From contig JACJWE010000002.1 of NCBI GenBank assembly GCA_020637365.1, positions 280,499-344,498 of the forward strand: DNA of 64,000 bases, in the 5' to 3' direction. Shown here piece after piece: positions 48,756 through 58,016 of this stretch (positions are counted from its first letter, which is position 1; each line of letters opens with the position of its first letter). The position numbers and the translations under genes were made by a program. Source of the DNA: Acidimicrobiia bacterium. GTDB taxonomy: Bacteria > Actinomycetota > Acidimicrobiia > IMCC26256 > JAGNEX01. Under the pieces are notes generated by a model, which was not told the origin of the DNA, did no database searches, and saw nothing but the letters and a program-made list of their open reading frames with translations.

Positions 48756-51023
48756 ATGTCTGATGTGCGATCTGTCCTCGAACGGCTAGCTGCGGAAGCA
48801 ACGGGCCGGGGGGTCGATGTCACCGTCTTGCCCGTACCCGGACGTATCGCACGATACGGATCGATCGACGGCGGCCTCGCCGCTCCGGTCGAAGCATTTC
48901 TCGAACGCCGCGGCATCGCCAACCTCTATGGGCATCAGGTCACCGCTGTCGAAGCGCTGCGCTCCGGCCAACACGTCGTGCTCGCGACCGGCACCGCATC
49001 GGGCAAATCACTCGCGTACCAAATTCCGATCGCCGAAGCAGCCCTCGACACGACGCCAGCGACGGCACTGTGCCTGTTTCCCACCAAGGCGCTTGCGGCC
49101 GACCAACTGCAATCGTTTCGCTCGATGCTCATCCCCGAGGTCGGCGCCTACAGCTACGACGGTGACACGCACCCAGACGAACGCGCATGGGTCCGCCAAC
49201 ACGCCAATGTGCTGTTGACCAACCCCGACATGTGCCACCGTGCGATCCTGCCCGCACACCGACGTTGGGCCACCTTTCTGATGCGGCTGCAGTTCATCGT
49301 GATCGACGAGCTGCATTCGCTTCGCGGTGTCTTCGGCAGCCATGTCAGCCATGTTGTGCGCCGGCTTTTGCGGCTGTGCGACCAGTACGGGTCCAAGCCA
49401 ACCATCTGCTTTACGTCGGCAACTATCGGCAATCCGGGCGAGCTCGCCGAGACCATCGCAGCGGTGTCCGTCGACGTGATTGCCGATGACGGTTCACCCC
49501 GCCCCGACTCAGATCTCGCACTGTGGAGGCGACCACGACCCATCGACGGCAGCGCCATCCCAAGTGCTGATATCGAGGTAGCGCGCCTGCTGGGAAGTTT
49601 CGCCGCCGAAGGTCATCGAGCATTGGCGTTCGCTGGTTCACGACGCAATGCCGAATCGATCGCAGCCCAAGCGCAACAGATGTTTCGCGACGACAAAGAG
49701 CGGATTGCCGCATATCGAGGTGGCTTTCTTCCCCAAGAACGACGTGAATTGGAAGACCACTTCCGCGATGGTTCGCTGCGCGCACTCGCTGCCACAAACG
49801 CTCTCGAACTCGGTATCGATATCCCCGGTCTCGACGCCGTCATCCTCAACGGATTTCCCGGAACGATTGCGTCGCTCCGTCAACAGATCGGGCGTGCCGG
49901 GCGACGCGATACGCCATCGGCTGCGATCGTGGTCAACGGAGACGATCAGCTCGACGCGTGGTACTTCGACCATCCGGAGCAGTTCATCACCCGGAGCCCG
50001 GAACCCGCTGTTGTGAACCCTTCCAACCCGCGGATGTTGCGAGCGCATGTCGCTTGCGCCGCTGCCGAACTGCCGCTGACACCGGCCGACCGAGATCGAT
50101 TCGGTGACGATCTCGACGATGTCGTCACCGATCTTGTGCGTGACGATCTCTTGCTGGTTCGCGGGCGCGAGCTCATCTGGGCACCCTCATGGTCACCCGC
50201 TGCCGAAGTCGATCTGCGGTCCGGCGGCGGAGGGGAGGTCCGACTTCGATGTATCGACGGACCCGAACCGGTGCTGGTCGGAACGATCGATGCAGGGCGC
50301 GCCCCGCTCGGCGTTCACCCGGGTGCGGTCTATGTCCATCAGGGCCGTCACTACCGGGTCGCCACCCTCGACCTCGAGAGCCGATATGCCGAACTGGTCA
50401 CAGTGGACGGCTCGGAGTACACCCAAGCCCGTCAGTCCAGTGAGATCGCGATCGTCGAGATCGACGAAGTTCGCCGCTACGGCACATTCAGCCACGCGGT
50501 TGGAACCGTCGAGGTCGAGTCATGTGTCACCGGATATCAGGTTCGAGACCGGGCCACCCGCGTCGTCTTGGACACGGTGACACTCGACCTGCCTCCCCAG
50601 CGGCTCACCACACGCTCATCATGGATCGTGATCGACCCATCCGTCGTTGAACTCCTCGACTTCGGCACCGAAGAGACCCTGTCGGCAATGCATGCCATCG
50701 AACACGCGATGATTGGCATGTTGCCGCTCTTCGCGATCTGCGATCGATGGGACGTTGGAGGGCTATCAATGTCGGACCACCCCGAAACCCTCGCGCCCAC
50801 CCTGTTTATCTACGACGGATATCCCGGTGGTGCGGGTATCGCCGATGTGGCCTTCAGTCGCGGTATCAGCCACGTGCGAGCCACCCACGATCTAGTCACG
50901 TCGTGCGGGTGCGAGGCGGGCTGTCCAAGCTGTATCCAATCACCCAAATGCGGTAACTGGAACGAGTTCCTCGACAAGAGCGCGGCCGTCGCACTACTCG
51001 GGGAGATCCTGCGAACCTTGTAG
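48756..51023 (+). CDS. DExH-box helicase with a C-terminal DUF1998 Cys4 module (MrfA / Rv3649-like)
   Basis: GTASGKSLAY (motif I), VIDELHSL (DExH), QQIGRAGRR (motif VI) and the C-terminal CGCEAGCPSCIQSPKCGNWN. Confidence 0.9.
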   Translation: MSDVRSVLERLAAEATGRGVDVTVLPVPGRIARYGSIDGGLAAPVEAFLERRGIANLYGHQVTAVEALRSGQHVVLATGTASGKSLAYQIPIAEAALDTTPATALCLFPTKALAADQLQSFRSMLIPEVGAYSYDGDTHPDERAWVRQHANVLLTNPDMCHRAILPAHRRWATFLMRLQFIVIDELHSLRGVFGSHVSHVVRRLLRLCDQYGSKPTICFTSATIGNPGELAETIAAVSVDVIADDGSPRPDSDLALWRRPRPIDGSAIPSADIEVARLLGSFAAEGHRALAFAGSRRNAESIAAQAQQMFRDDKERIAAYRGGFLPQERRELEDHFRDGSLRALAATNALELGIDIPGLDAVILNGFPGTIASLRQQIGRAGRRDTPSAAIVVNGDDQLDAWYFDHPEQFITRSPEPAVVNPSNPRMLRAHVACAAAELPLTPADRDRFGDDLDDVVTDLVRDDLLLVRGRELIWAPSWSPAAEVDLRSGGGGEVRLRCIDGPEPVLVGTIDAGRAPLGVHPGAVYVHQGRHYRVATLDLESRYAELVTVDGSEYTQARQSSEIAIVEIDEVRRYGTFSHAVGTVEVESCVTGYQVRDRATRVVLDTVTLDLPPQRLTTRSSWIVIDPSVVELLDFGTEETLSAMHAIEHAMIGMLPLFAICDRWDVGGLSMSDHPETLAPTLFIYDGYPGGAGIADVAFSRGISHVRATHDLVTSCGCEAGCPSCIQSPKCGNWNEFLDKSAAVALLGEILRTL

Positions 51024-51029
51024 CGCCGG

Positions 51030-51494
51030 TCAAGATGGGGCCATCGGTATCGACTCCGTGCCTGCGGGACCGTTGCCTGCGGGACCGTTGCCTGCGAGTC
51101 CGTTGCCTGCGAGTCCGTTGCTGGCGAGACCGTTGCCAGCTCCGTCACGAGACAGTTCGGCTTGTGCCCGAGCTCGAAGGGTGCGGGCGATTCCGCCGAT
51201 TCGAAGCTGCGTCGAAATGATGACCCTGGTACCGAACTGTCCACACTCGAACTGTTCGAGCGTTGCGTCGTACTCGGTGAGCACCGTACGGGCGGCCGCC
51301 TGTGCGCTCGCACAGTTCGACTCATCGGCGACCACTCCTGCCGCAGCGAGGGCTGCGATATCTGCCGCTGTTTGAGTACGCGCCTTGGTTGCTGAAACCC
51401 GGGTGAGCGTCGCGATCCACATCATCGACACCACGACAACAGCGACGATGCCCGCACCAAGAACCGTGATGGACCCTTGCTCCGCCCGCGCCAT
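51030..51494 (-). CDS. TadE-like protein of the helicase/secretion neighbourhood (Rv3654c-like) with a NG(L/P)AG repeat tail
   Basis: This is the C-terminal 154 aa of ORF 51030..51992. MARAEQGSITVLGAGIVAVVVVSMMWIA is a TadE-type N-terminus. The upstream part of the ORF overlaps the next gene out of frame. Confidence 0.7.
   Translation of the reverse strand: MARAEQGSITVLGAGIVAVVVVSMMWIATLTRVSATKARTQTAADIAALAAAGVVADESNCASAQAAARTVLTEYDATLEQFECGQFGTRVIISTQLRIGGIARTLRARAQAELSRDGAGNGLASNGLAGNGLAGNGPAGNGPAGTESIPMAPS
51061..51135. repeat. 15-bp tandem repeat x5 (encodes NG(P/L)AG pentapeptides)
   Basis: Units are cctgcgggaccgttg x2 / cctgcgagtccgttg x2 / ctggcgagaccgttg. Confidence 0.9.
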
Positions 51495-51616
51495 ACGCCG
51501 CCCTGGTACCGTCGGCGAGTCGCCGCGACAACTCGCAACACTCGGCCGCGAACGTCCTCGATCTAATAGCTCAGGATCGCGGGCGCGTGGCTTGTTTCCG
51601 GGCACGTCGCGGCCGG

Positions 51617-52126
51617 TCATTCGGTGCGAGCAGTCGCCGAAGCCGACACGGTGACGTCGGGTACCAACACGCCAACGATCGGTACGTCCGTTGCAATTCT
51701 GAGCTCTACCCGTATCCGCGATGTTTGACCGGGTTGAGCCCGCTGTGCCGCGGTGAGATTGGCACGCTGATCGATATCGCGAATGGCAGCGGCGACCTGG
51801 GCGTCGGTGGCACCGATCGAAAGCTCGCGGACCCCTGCTCGGGCGGCGTTTTCGACCGCCACCCGAGCTTGGGCCACGACCAGGACCTGACCGATCAACA
51901 AGACCACCACGACGATGAGCATCAACACTCCCGCGAACTCGACCGTCGCCTGGCCCCGTTCGCCGAAGCTGGCGGAGCGTTGCTCCGACCAACGGCGAGG
52001 GTCTGCCCCGTCGAGTATGGGTCCACGGGGTGTATCAGCTCGGCCAAGCCACCTCACTGAGCCAGGCGAGAATGCCTCGCCGTCATCACCCGCGTCGTCA
52101 CGGTGTGTATCGGTACTGGTTTTCAT
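51617..52126 (-). CDS. TadE-family pilus assembly protein
   Basis: ERGQATVEFAGVLMLIVVVVLLIGQ is a TadE N-terminal motif. The start is uncertain. Confidence 0.7.
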   Translation of the reverse strand: MKTSTDTHRDDAGDDGEAFSPGSVRWLGRADTPRGPILDGADPRRWSEQRSASFGERGQATVEFAGVLMLIVVVVLLIGQVLVVAQARVAVENAARAGVRELSIGATDAQVAAAIRDIDQRANLTAAQRAQPGQTSRIRVELRIATDVPIVGVLVPDVTVSASATARTE

Positions 52127-52139
52127 CGTGAATCCGGCG

Positions 52140-52475
52140 TCAGGTGACGCTGTTGATGATGCTGTCGATAACTGCGTCGAAGAGTCGCCCGATCGAACCG
52201 CTGCCGGTCGCCCAGGTGATCAACAGCGTCGCCACCGCCGCCGCTCCCAGCATGACCAGCGCATATTCAGCGGTGGACTGTCCTGATTCGTCACCGAAGC
52301 GCAACGCTGAGCGAGGGTCGACGGCGTCATCGCTCAGACCCTGAGATGGGGACTGGTCGACGCCTCCGACACCACCGCCGTCGTCGGCAACGGGCATCGC
52401 AACATCTGTGGCGCTCTGACTGAGCACTCTCATGGTGAGACTCGCTTTCGTGTGTGAATGGAAGGTCCTCGTCAC
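52140..52475 (-). CDS. Flp/DUF4244-type small pilin-like protein
   Basis: The C-terminal GQSTAEYALVMLGAAAVATLLITWATG matches the G/xxxxEY prepilin-like motif plus a hydrophobic helix. The true start is probably internal, for example ATG 52397. Confidence 0.65.
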   Translation of the reverse strand: MTRTFHSHTKASLTMRVLSQSATDVAMPVADDGGGVGGVDQSPSQGLSDDAVDPRSALRFGDESGQSTAEYALVMLGAAAVATLLITWATGSGSIGRLFDAVIDSIINSVT

Positions 52476-52532
52476 GAGGCTCGATGGCAGCGGAGCGCCT
52501 GAACGGACGTAGAGCTGCTGGGCGGGGCGGAG

Positions 52533-53264
52533 TCAACCGCCCGACAGATTCATCGACGCTCCGTCGGCGAGCCCCGCGAGGCTCGGGACGATCGCCAAAC
52601 AGATGAAGGCAGGCAAAATGCAGATCAGGAGGGGGAACAAGAGCTTGACCGACAACGCTTGGATGCGCGCCCGTTGACGAGCGGTCATCGAACGTCGTGC
52701 TTCATCTGCGACTGCGCCCAGCGCGAGATCGCTGGCCGAACCGAGCCGATGGCTATCTCGGAGCACCATCACGGTGGGACGCCACGCCGGTTGCGCCTCG
52801 GCGAGCCGCAACCACCCTTCGACCATGGAAACCCCTTCGCTGGACGCCACGAGTTCAGCTGACGCCATATCGGGTTCGAGATATCGAGCGGTGTGGGTCG
52901 ACACGGCGCTCCAAGCAGCGGTCGCTGAATAGCCCGCGCGCAGACACATTCTCAGCGCTTCGATGACGTAGGGAAGTTCACCGGCGACTCGATCCTCATA
53001 GGCGCGAGCCTCTCGTCGCTGACGCCGCGCCGTGAGCACTCTCAAGAAGGGGACTTCCGACCATCGACCCAATACGTCAGACCGGCCGGCCGCATCGCCA
53101 CGATGAGCGGTCGCCAGGCCCGCTGATGCGGCTGGACGCACAGCGCGGACGGGATGACCGGAGTGGTAGCGAGCCGATCGTCTCAGTGATGCCGCCCGCG
53201 ACCACCTCGCTCCGACAACGGCAAGAAACACCACCAGCGGTATATGCCACCACATTTCGCCCAT
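52533..53264 (-). CDS. Type II secretion system F-family protein (TadC-like)
   Basis: It has a C-terminal LSVKLLFPLLICILPAFICLAIVPS and an N-terminal TM from ATG 53264. The longer ORF start overlaps tadB. Confidence 0.7.
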   Translation of the reverse strand: MGEMWWHIPLVVFLAVVGARWSRAASLRRSARYHSGHPVRAVRPAASAGLATAHRGDAAGRSDVLGRWSEVPFLRVLTARRQRREARAYEDRVAGELPYVIEALRMCLRAGYSATAAWSAVSTHTARYLEPDMASAELVASSEGVSMVEGWLRLAEAQPAWRPTVMVLRDSHRLGSASDLALGAVADEARRSMTARQRARIQALSVKLLFPLLICILPAFICLAIVPSLAGLADGASMNLSGG

Positions 53265-53311
53265 CGGGCTCTTGCTCTCGGCGATACACCAGGTCAGCTG
53301 AGGAATCGGGT

Positions 53312-54118
53312 TCACCGTTCCTCCAGGTGTTTTCTGGATGTGAGCACCGCTCCGGCGACATCCACGTCGCCAACGAGCGTTGCTCCAATGAGCCGTCGCA
53401 TCCAGAAGAGCCCAACGGCCTCGGCGCTCAGGCCGATCCCGATGACTATGCGGCCCCACGGCTGACTCAGCATCGATCCGAACGACTCAGCGTCGGTGAC
53501 CACGACAAGGAGTACCGCGACGAGCGGAAGGCTACAGACCACACCTGCGGAGAGACGCGCCTGTGTCGAGAGCACCCAGGCTTCTCGCCGGTTCTCGATG
53601 GTCAGCCGGAGCGCGTCGAGGTAGCGGTCGATGGCATCGCTTGAGGTACCACCGAGGCGATCCGCCAAAGCAACGCCGTCGAACGCTCGAATGACCGGGC
53701 CGCAGCGGGTGTCGCCTCGCAACGCCAGCTGAGCGGATGCTTCACCCAGGACCTCCTGGACCGAGCGACCCGCGTCGAGTGATTCGGCGAGCCGCTGCGC
53801 ACCTGCTTCTCCCAGGAGGCCTACCCACGAAGCCTGCCGAAGAGCGCCCGCAGGCGTACGACCCGCCCGGACCGATCGCGACACCTCACCCAGGAGGGCC
53901 TCGCCCATACTCAACACCGACTTCGAGAACCGAGCTCGATCCAGCGCGACGGACGGCGACCATGCCGTCACACCCACCGTCGCTCGGACCGCTACGGAAG
54001 GGTCATCCGCAGAGCGGATCGATGTGTACGAAGTATCGGCATCGCCGCCGTCGCCGGTGGTCTGCGATGCGCGCCACATCAACGCCGCTGCGATCGTCAC
54101 AAAGCCCGCCAGGATCAT
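53312..54118 (-). CDS. Type II secretion system F-family protein (TadB-like)
   Basis: It has TM segments at both ends and the T2SSF pattern. It has an ATGA overlap with the tadA stop. Confidence 0.7.
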   Translation of the reverse strand: MILAGFVTIAAALMWRASQTTGDGGDADTSYTSIRSADDPSVAVRATVGVTAWSPSVALDRARFSKSVLSMGEALLGEVSRSVRAGRTPAGALRQASWVGLLGEAGAQRLAESLDAGRSVQEVLGEASAQLALRGDTRCGPVIRAFDGVALADRLGGTSSDAIDRYLDALRLTIENRREAWVLSTQARLSAGVVCSLPLVAVLLVVVTDAESFGSMLSQPWGRIVIGIGLSAEAVGLFWMRRLIGATLVGDVDVAGAVLTSRKHLEER

Positions 54119-55302
54119 GGTGTTTCCCCGACCGATAGGCGAATGTGATCAGCATCGTCGTCCGGGCCCTCGCAACGAACAGGGCGCTGCTCGACTCGGG
54201 CACCACAACCGGTCGCGAGTTGAGGGCCACGATGGGTGTATACGGGACGCCAGGCGTCTCCGAAACGTCGATCGATACGGCTGACGATCCGCTGCGTGTC
54301 GAGTTTTCGAACGACGACGACGACATCGATCGAGGAATGCGCCATCCTCTGGAGCGCCGGCTCACCGACGCCACGATCGGCCAGGAGCGCGAGCGCAACC
54401 AGGCGGTCGATAGCTTCCGCGCTGCTGTGTGCGTGCAGCGTGGCCATCGACCCGCGGTGCCCACAGTGCAGCGCCAAAAGGAGGTCGAGCGCTTCGGGTC
54501 CGCGGGCTTCACCCACGACGAGACGGTCCGGACGCATGCGAAGTGACGCACGGACCAGATCTCTCAGTGTGACAGCGCCAAATCCATCGGCGTTGGGAGC
54601 TCTGGCCTCGAGGCGAACGACGTTGCTGTGGCGGCATACGACCTCGATGGTGTCTTCGACGCAGACGATCCGTTGGGCGGGTGCGGCGGAGGAGAGCATC
54701 GCTCCGAGCAGCGCGGTCTTGCCTGAACCGGTCGGACCCACCACCAACACGTTGGCGTCGTCGTCGACGACACTTCGTAGCGTTGCGCTGCAAGGACCCC
54801 AATCGTCGAGGACAAAGCCCGCGCTCCGATGTCGGCGAACGGTGAGCGTAATCCCGTCAGGCGACACCGGCGGCCCCACAACGTGAAGCCTGTCTCCAGA
54901 CCCGAGTCGGGCATCAGCGATCGGCGATGCGTGGTCAAAACGAATCCCGAGCGGACGGATGGCTCGTTCGACGAAGATCGCCTTTTGGGCATTTCCGACA
55001 ACGTGCGGTGTTGCATGCATCTTGCCCCATCGCTCCACCCACACCGAACCATCTGGGTTTGCCATGACCTCGGTGACGCCATCAAGTTCGATCAACGCGT
55101 CGATCAACCCGAGACCAAACCGTTCCTCTCGGACTCTCGCCGAAAGCGTCTGGATGCGGTGGTCATCGGCCAAGACAAACGCGGCGCGAACCTCCTCGAC
55201 GATCCCCTGCGCGGCGGACTGCCCAGAGGCCTTCCCAAGGGACGACTCATCCGATACCCGAGCTGACATAGTGGCGGATGCGGAGCGCGGCACGGCCTTC
55301 AT
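54115..55302 (-). CDS. TadA/CpaF-family secretion ATPase
   Basis: It has Walker A (VVGPTGSGKTALL), Walker B/Asp box (RIVCVEDT) and His box (GHRGSMATLHA). The start is taken at ATG 55302, forming an ATGA overlap with the upstream stop. Confidence 0.88.
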   Translation of the reverse strand: MKAVPRSASATMSARVSDESSLGKASGQSAAQGIVEEVRAAFVLADDHRIQTLSARVREERFGLGLIDALIELDGVTEVMANPDGSVWVERWGKMHATPHVVGNAQKAIFVERAIRPLGIRFDHASPIADARLGSGDRLHVVGPPVSPDGITLTVRRHRSAGFVLDDWGPCSATLRSVVDDDANVLVVGPTGSGKTALLGAMLSSAAPAQRIVCVEDTIEVVCRHSNVVRLEARAPNADGFGAVTLRDLVRASLRMRPDRLVVGEARGPEALDLLLALHCGHRGSMATLHAHSSAEAIDRLVALALLADRGVGEPALQRMAHSSIDVVVVVRKLDTQRIVSRIDRRFGDAWRPVYTHRGPQLATGCGARVEQRPVRCEGPDDDADHIRLSVGETP

Positions 55303-56171
55303 GCGGCATCGTGAGCTCGAACCGAAGGAGCAGGCGTGGCGATCGTGATGCCTGACCGCTCGACGAGCGTCCGCCACGCTGGCGCCAATGCCTTAGCGAT
55401 CACATCGTTGGGTCGCGTCAGCGACAACCCAGCGTCCGTTGTTCGTGCGATCACAGGGCGCCACGGCACGTCGGCGACGATCGGCGCTCTCAACACTTTG
55501 TCCGCATCGCGGGCGCGGATCGCTCGCCCAGGTTCGGAAATCCATACGACCGCGTCGGGCACACCGTGTCGGGCACGACTTTGAGCGGCGCGGCGCAGTC
55601 CCAAATAGCACCCGCGAAGGACCATCCACGACGCTGCACCTCGTCGTTGGAACCACGAAAACAGCGGATGTTCGCCCCGACCCCCGTCGATGATCACGAG
55701 GCCTTCGAAGTCATCGAGTTGTTGCCGGAATGCTCGTTCGACAGTTGGCGAGCGAAACGGCGTCGCGACGTCCGGGCCGCCATCGGTCGCTGCATCGGCG
55801 ACGCTCGCGCCTATTGAGTGCGCGTCGCGGTCGACCCCCGTCGCGCGTAACGTGGGCGCGGACACAGCGGCCTCAGGCAGTTCGAGATCGCCGCCGTGCC
55901 GTTCCCACGCGCCAACATCACCCTGGGAGAGCAGCCAAACCTCTGGGAGGACCTCTGCGCACGACCTCAGTAACGCACCCGAGCCTGGCGGGTGCGTCGA
56001 TTCCAGCCAGTCCCGCCACCCAAGTCTGGAGGGTTCGGATCCGACGACGGGGGCGAGATCACCAGCGAGGTCGATGAGCAGTACGGGGATTCGGGCAACA
56101 CAGTGCGCCGCAAGACCAGCGACCACCGTCGTCGTACCCGCGCCACCTTTGGGAGACCACATTGCCAACAC
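55299..56171 (-). CDS. CpaE/Ssd-like ParA-family ATPase of the helicase/secretion neighbourhood (septum-site-determining-like)
   Basis: It has the deviant Walker A MWSPKGGAGTTTV. The start is taken at GTG 56171 (AAGGAA SD), because the longer ORF (to 56273) runs through a 10-bp-stem terminator. Confidence 0.75.
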   Translation of the reverse strand: MLAMWSPKGGAGTTTVVAGLAAHCVARIPVLLIDLAGDLAPVVGSEPSRLGWRDWLESTHPPGSGALLRSCAEVLPEVWLLSQGDVGAWERHGGDLELPEAAVSAPTLRATGVDRDAHSIGASVADAATDGGPDVATPFRSPTVERAFRQQLDDFEGLVIIDGGRGEHPLFSWFQRRGAASWMVLRGCYLGLRRAAQSRARHGVPDAVVWISEPGRAIRARDADKVLRAPIVADVPWRPVIARTTDAGLSLTRPNDVIAKALAPAWRTLVERSGITIATPAPSVRAHDAA

Positions 56172-56237
56172 GGCACGTTCCTTCGACCGAAGTAGAGGGC
56201 CAGAAGGCCGACGTTGGCGTCGGGGTCTCGACACGAA

Positions 56238-56262
56238 AGGGCGTGGCACACGGCCACGCCCT
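56238..56262 (-). terminator. Intrinsic-terminator-like hairpin (10-bp perfect stem AGGGCGTGGC / GCCACGCCCT, 5-nt loop), followed by TTTCG on the minus strand
   Basis: Read directly. It lies 35 nt downstream of the stop of the 24-codon peptide gene. Confidence 0.65.
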
Positions 56263-56296
56263 AACCTTCTCAAATTACATAAAAGTCATTCAAATG

Positions 56297-56371
56297 CTAT
56301 GCGTCAGTTGCTTTCTTGGCGAGGATCACACCCGCCGCTACGACGAGCAACACGATCAAGATCTTCTTCAT
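56297..56371 (-). CDS. Tiny hydrophobic peptide (24 aa, MKKILIVLLVVAAGVILAKKATDA)
   Basis: It is below the ORF-track size cut-off. It has an ATG with an AAGGAA SD 5 nt upstream and a Lys-flanked single TM. It is followed by a strong hairpin and embedded in the only AT-rich patch of the region. Confidence 0.5.
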   Translation of the reverse strand: MKKILIVLLVVAAGVILAKKATDA

Positions 56372-56813
56372 GGCGTTCCTTTTGTTCAGAGACCCGTGCA
56401 GGTGGAAATGTTGCAGTTCTCAGCCACGCCGACGGACCAAGGTGCTGATGGGACGATGTTAGTGACCGACAACCAGCTCGGTCACGACATCGGAAGAAAC
56501 ACAAATGTCTTCGGCAAAGCCCCCTCGCCTGCTGGCAACGACGGCGAGCGACCTAACATTGATAGTCAGTGGTGCACGCGGCCCACTCCACTCATCACGA
56601 TCGGTACGTCGACTCGCGACCAATCTTGACCGGTCTGCGGCGGCCAAAGCACTAGGAACACCGCTCTCACTGGCCAAGCCAATTCATCATCCCAAAGCGG
56701 TTCAGATGCCCGTCCAACACGGGGGTCGCCGAAGTGCAAACAAACGCCCTACAGATGGGCACCAGCGTTCTGACGCATCGACCCGCTACCCGAGGGAAGG
56801 GACACAACCACCA

Positions 56814-58016
56814 ATGACCCCTGGCGCAAACCTGCAGCCAACCTTTGCCGATCTCGGCGTCGATCCGCGACTCGTTTCGGTCCTTGAGGCCGACGGCATC
56901 CTCGCCCCCTTCGCCATCCAGATCGAGTCGATTCCCGAAAGCCTTGCGGGACGCGACGTGCTCGGAAAAGCTCGGACCGGGTCCGGAAAGACGCTGGCGT
57001 TTTCCCTGCCGATCGTGTCCAGGCTGGCCGAAGGCTCACCCGAGACCCGAGCTCGACACCCTCAGGCCTTGGTCCTCGCCCCCACCCGCGAACTTGCCTC
57101 ACAGGTCACCGACGTCGTTTCGCCCCTCGCGGACACGATCGGGTTTCGCACCATTTCGATCTACGGCGGCACCAACATGAAGCGGGATCATCAACGCCTC
57201 GCTGAACCTGTCGATATCCTCGTCGCAACGCCGGGTCGGCTTATCGACCTCATCGAACAAGATGAGGTCTCCCTTGAGTCTCTCCGCTTTGTCGCCATCG
57301 ACGAGGCTGACCGGATGTGCGATTTGGGCTTCTTCCCCCAAGTCGACTGGCTCCTTCGCCAGGTCGGCGCCGATGCGCAGATCATGCTGTTTTCCGCCAC
57401 CCTGGACGGATCGGTCGGCCAACTCGTCGAGCGTCATTTGAACAACCCGACCTTGGTCGAGGTGCAGTCAGACGACGGCGAGACCGTGCCCGATATGGAG
57501 CACCGCTTTCTCGAAGTGCACCACATGGACAAGGCGAAAGTGATCGCCGCTCTGATCGAAGCCTCGGGCAGAGCGATCGTGTTTTGTCGAACAAAACGAA
57601 ACTGCGACCGGCTCTCGCGCGACCTCGGAGAGCTCGGCGTCAACGCCCCTGCCATCCACTCCGACCTGCGTCAGAAGATGCGCGAACGAACGTTGAGCCG
57701 ATTCGCCAACCACGAAGTTCCGGCCTTGATCGCGACCGACGTTGCGGCCCGAGGAATCCACGTCGACGATGTGACATTGGTCATCCATGCAGACCCGGCA
57801 GAGAACGCCAAGGACTACCTGCACCGTTCGGGTCGCACCGCGCGCGCCGGAGCGAGCGGGCTCGTGGTCACACTGATCGAGTGGGATCAGAAAGCGTTGA
57901 TGAGGGTGGTGCTACGAGAACTCAGCATGCAGGACAGCCCGATCGTTCGAATGTTTTCAAACGACCCTCGACTCGCCGATCTCACCACAGCAGACCTTTC
58001 CCAAGACGACGCGTAG
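56814..58016 (+). CDS. DEAD-box ATP-dependent RNA helicase
   Basis: It has a Q-motif (FAIQ), ARTGSGKTLAF, VAIDEADRM, SAT and HRSGRTARAG. The start is taken at ATG 56814, and the upstream part of ORF 56505.. is low-complexity. Confidence 0.9.
   Translation: MTPGANLQPTFADLGVDPRLVSVLEADGILAPFAIQIESIPESLAGRDVLGKARTGSGKTLAFSLPIVSRLAEGSPETRARHPQALVLAPTRELASQVTDVVSPLADTIGFRTISIYGGTNMKRDHQRLAEPVDILVATPGRLIDLIEQDEVSLESLRFVAIDEADRMCDLGFFPQVDWLLRQVGADAQIMLFSATLDGSVGQLVERHLNNPTLVEVQSDDGETVPDMEHRFLEVHHMDKAKVIAALIEASGRAIVFCRTKRNCDRLSRDLGELGVNAPAIHSDLRQKMRERTLSRFANHEVPALIATDVAARGIHVDDVTLVIHADPAENAKDYLHRSGRTARAGASGLVVTLIEWDQKALMRVVLRELSMQDSPIVRMFSNDPRLADLTTADLSQDDA

Noticed and set aside
51495-51992. N-terminal 166 aa of ORF 51030..51992 (320 aa)
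   Set aside because: It is extremely Arg/Gly-rich and overlaps the TadE gene (51617..52126) in another frame. The TadE-like protein starts at ATG 51494.
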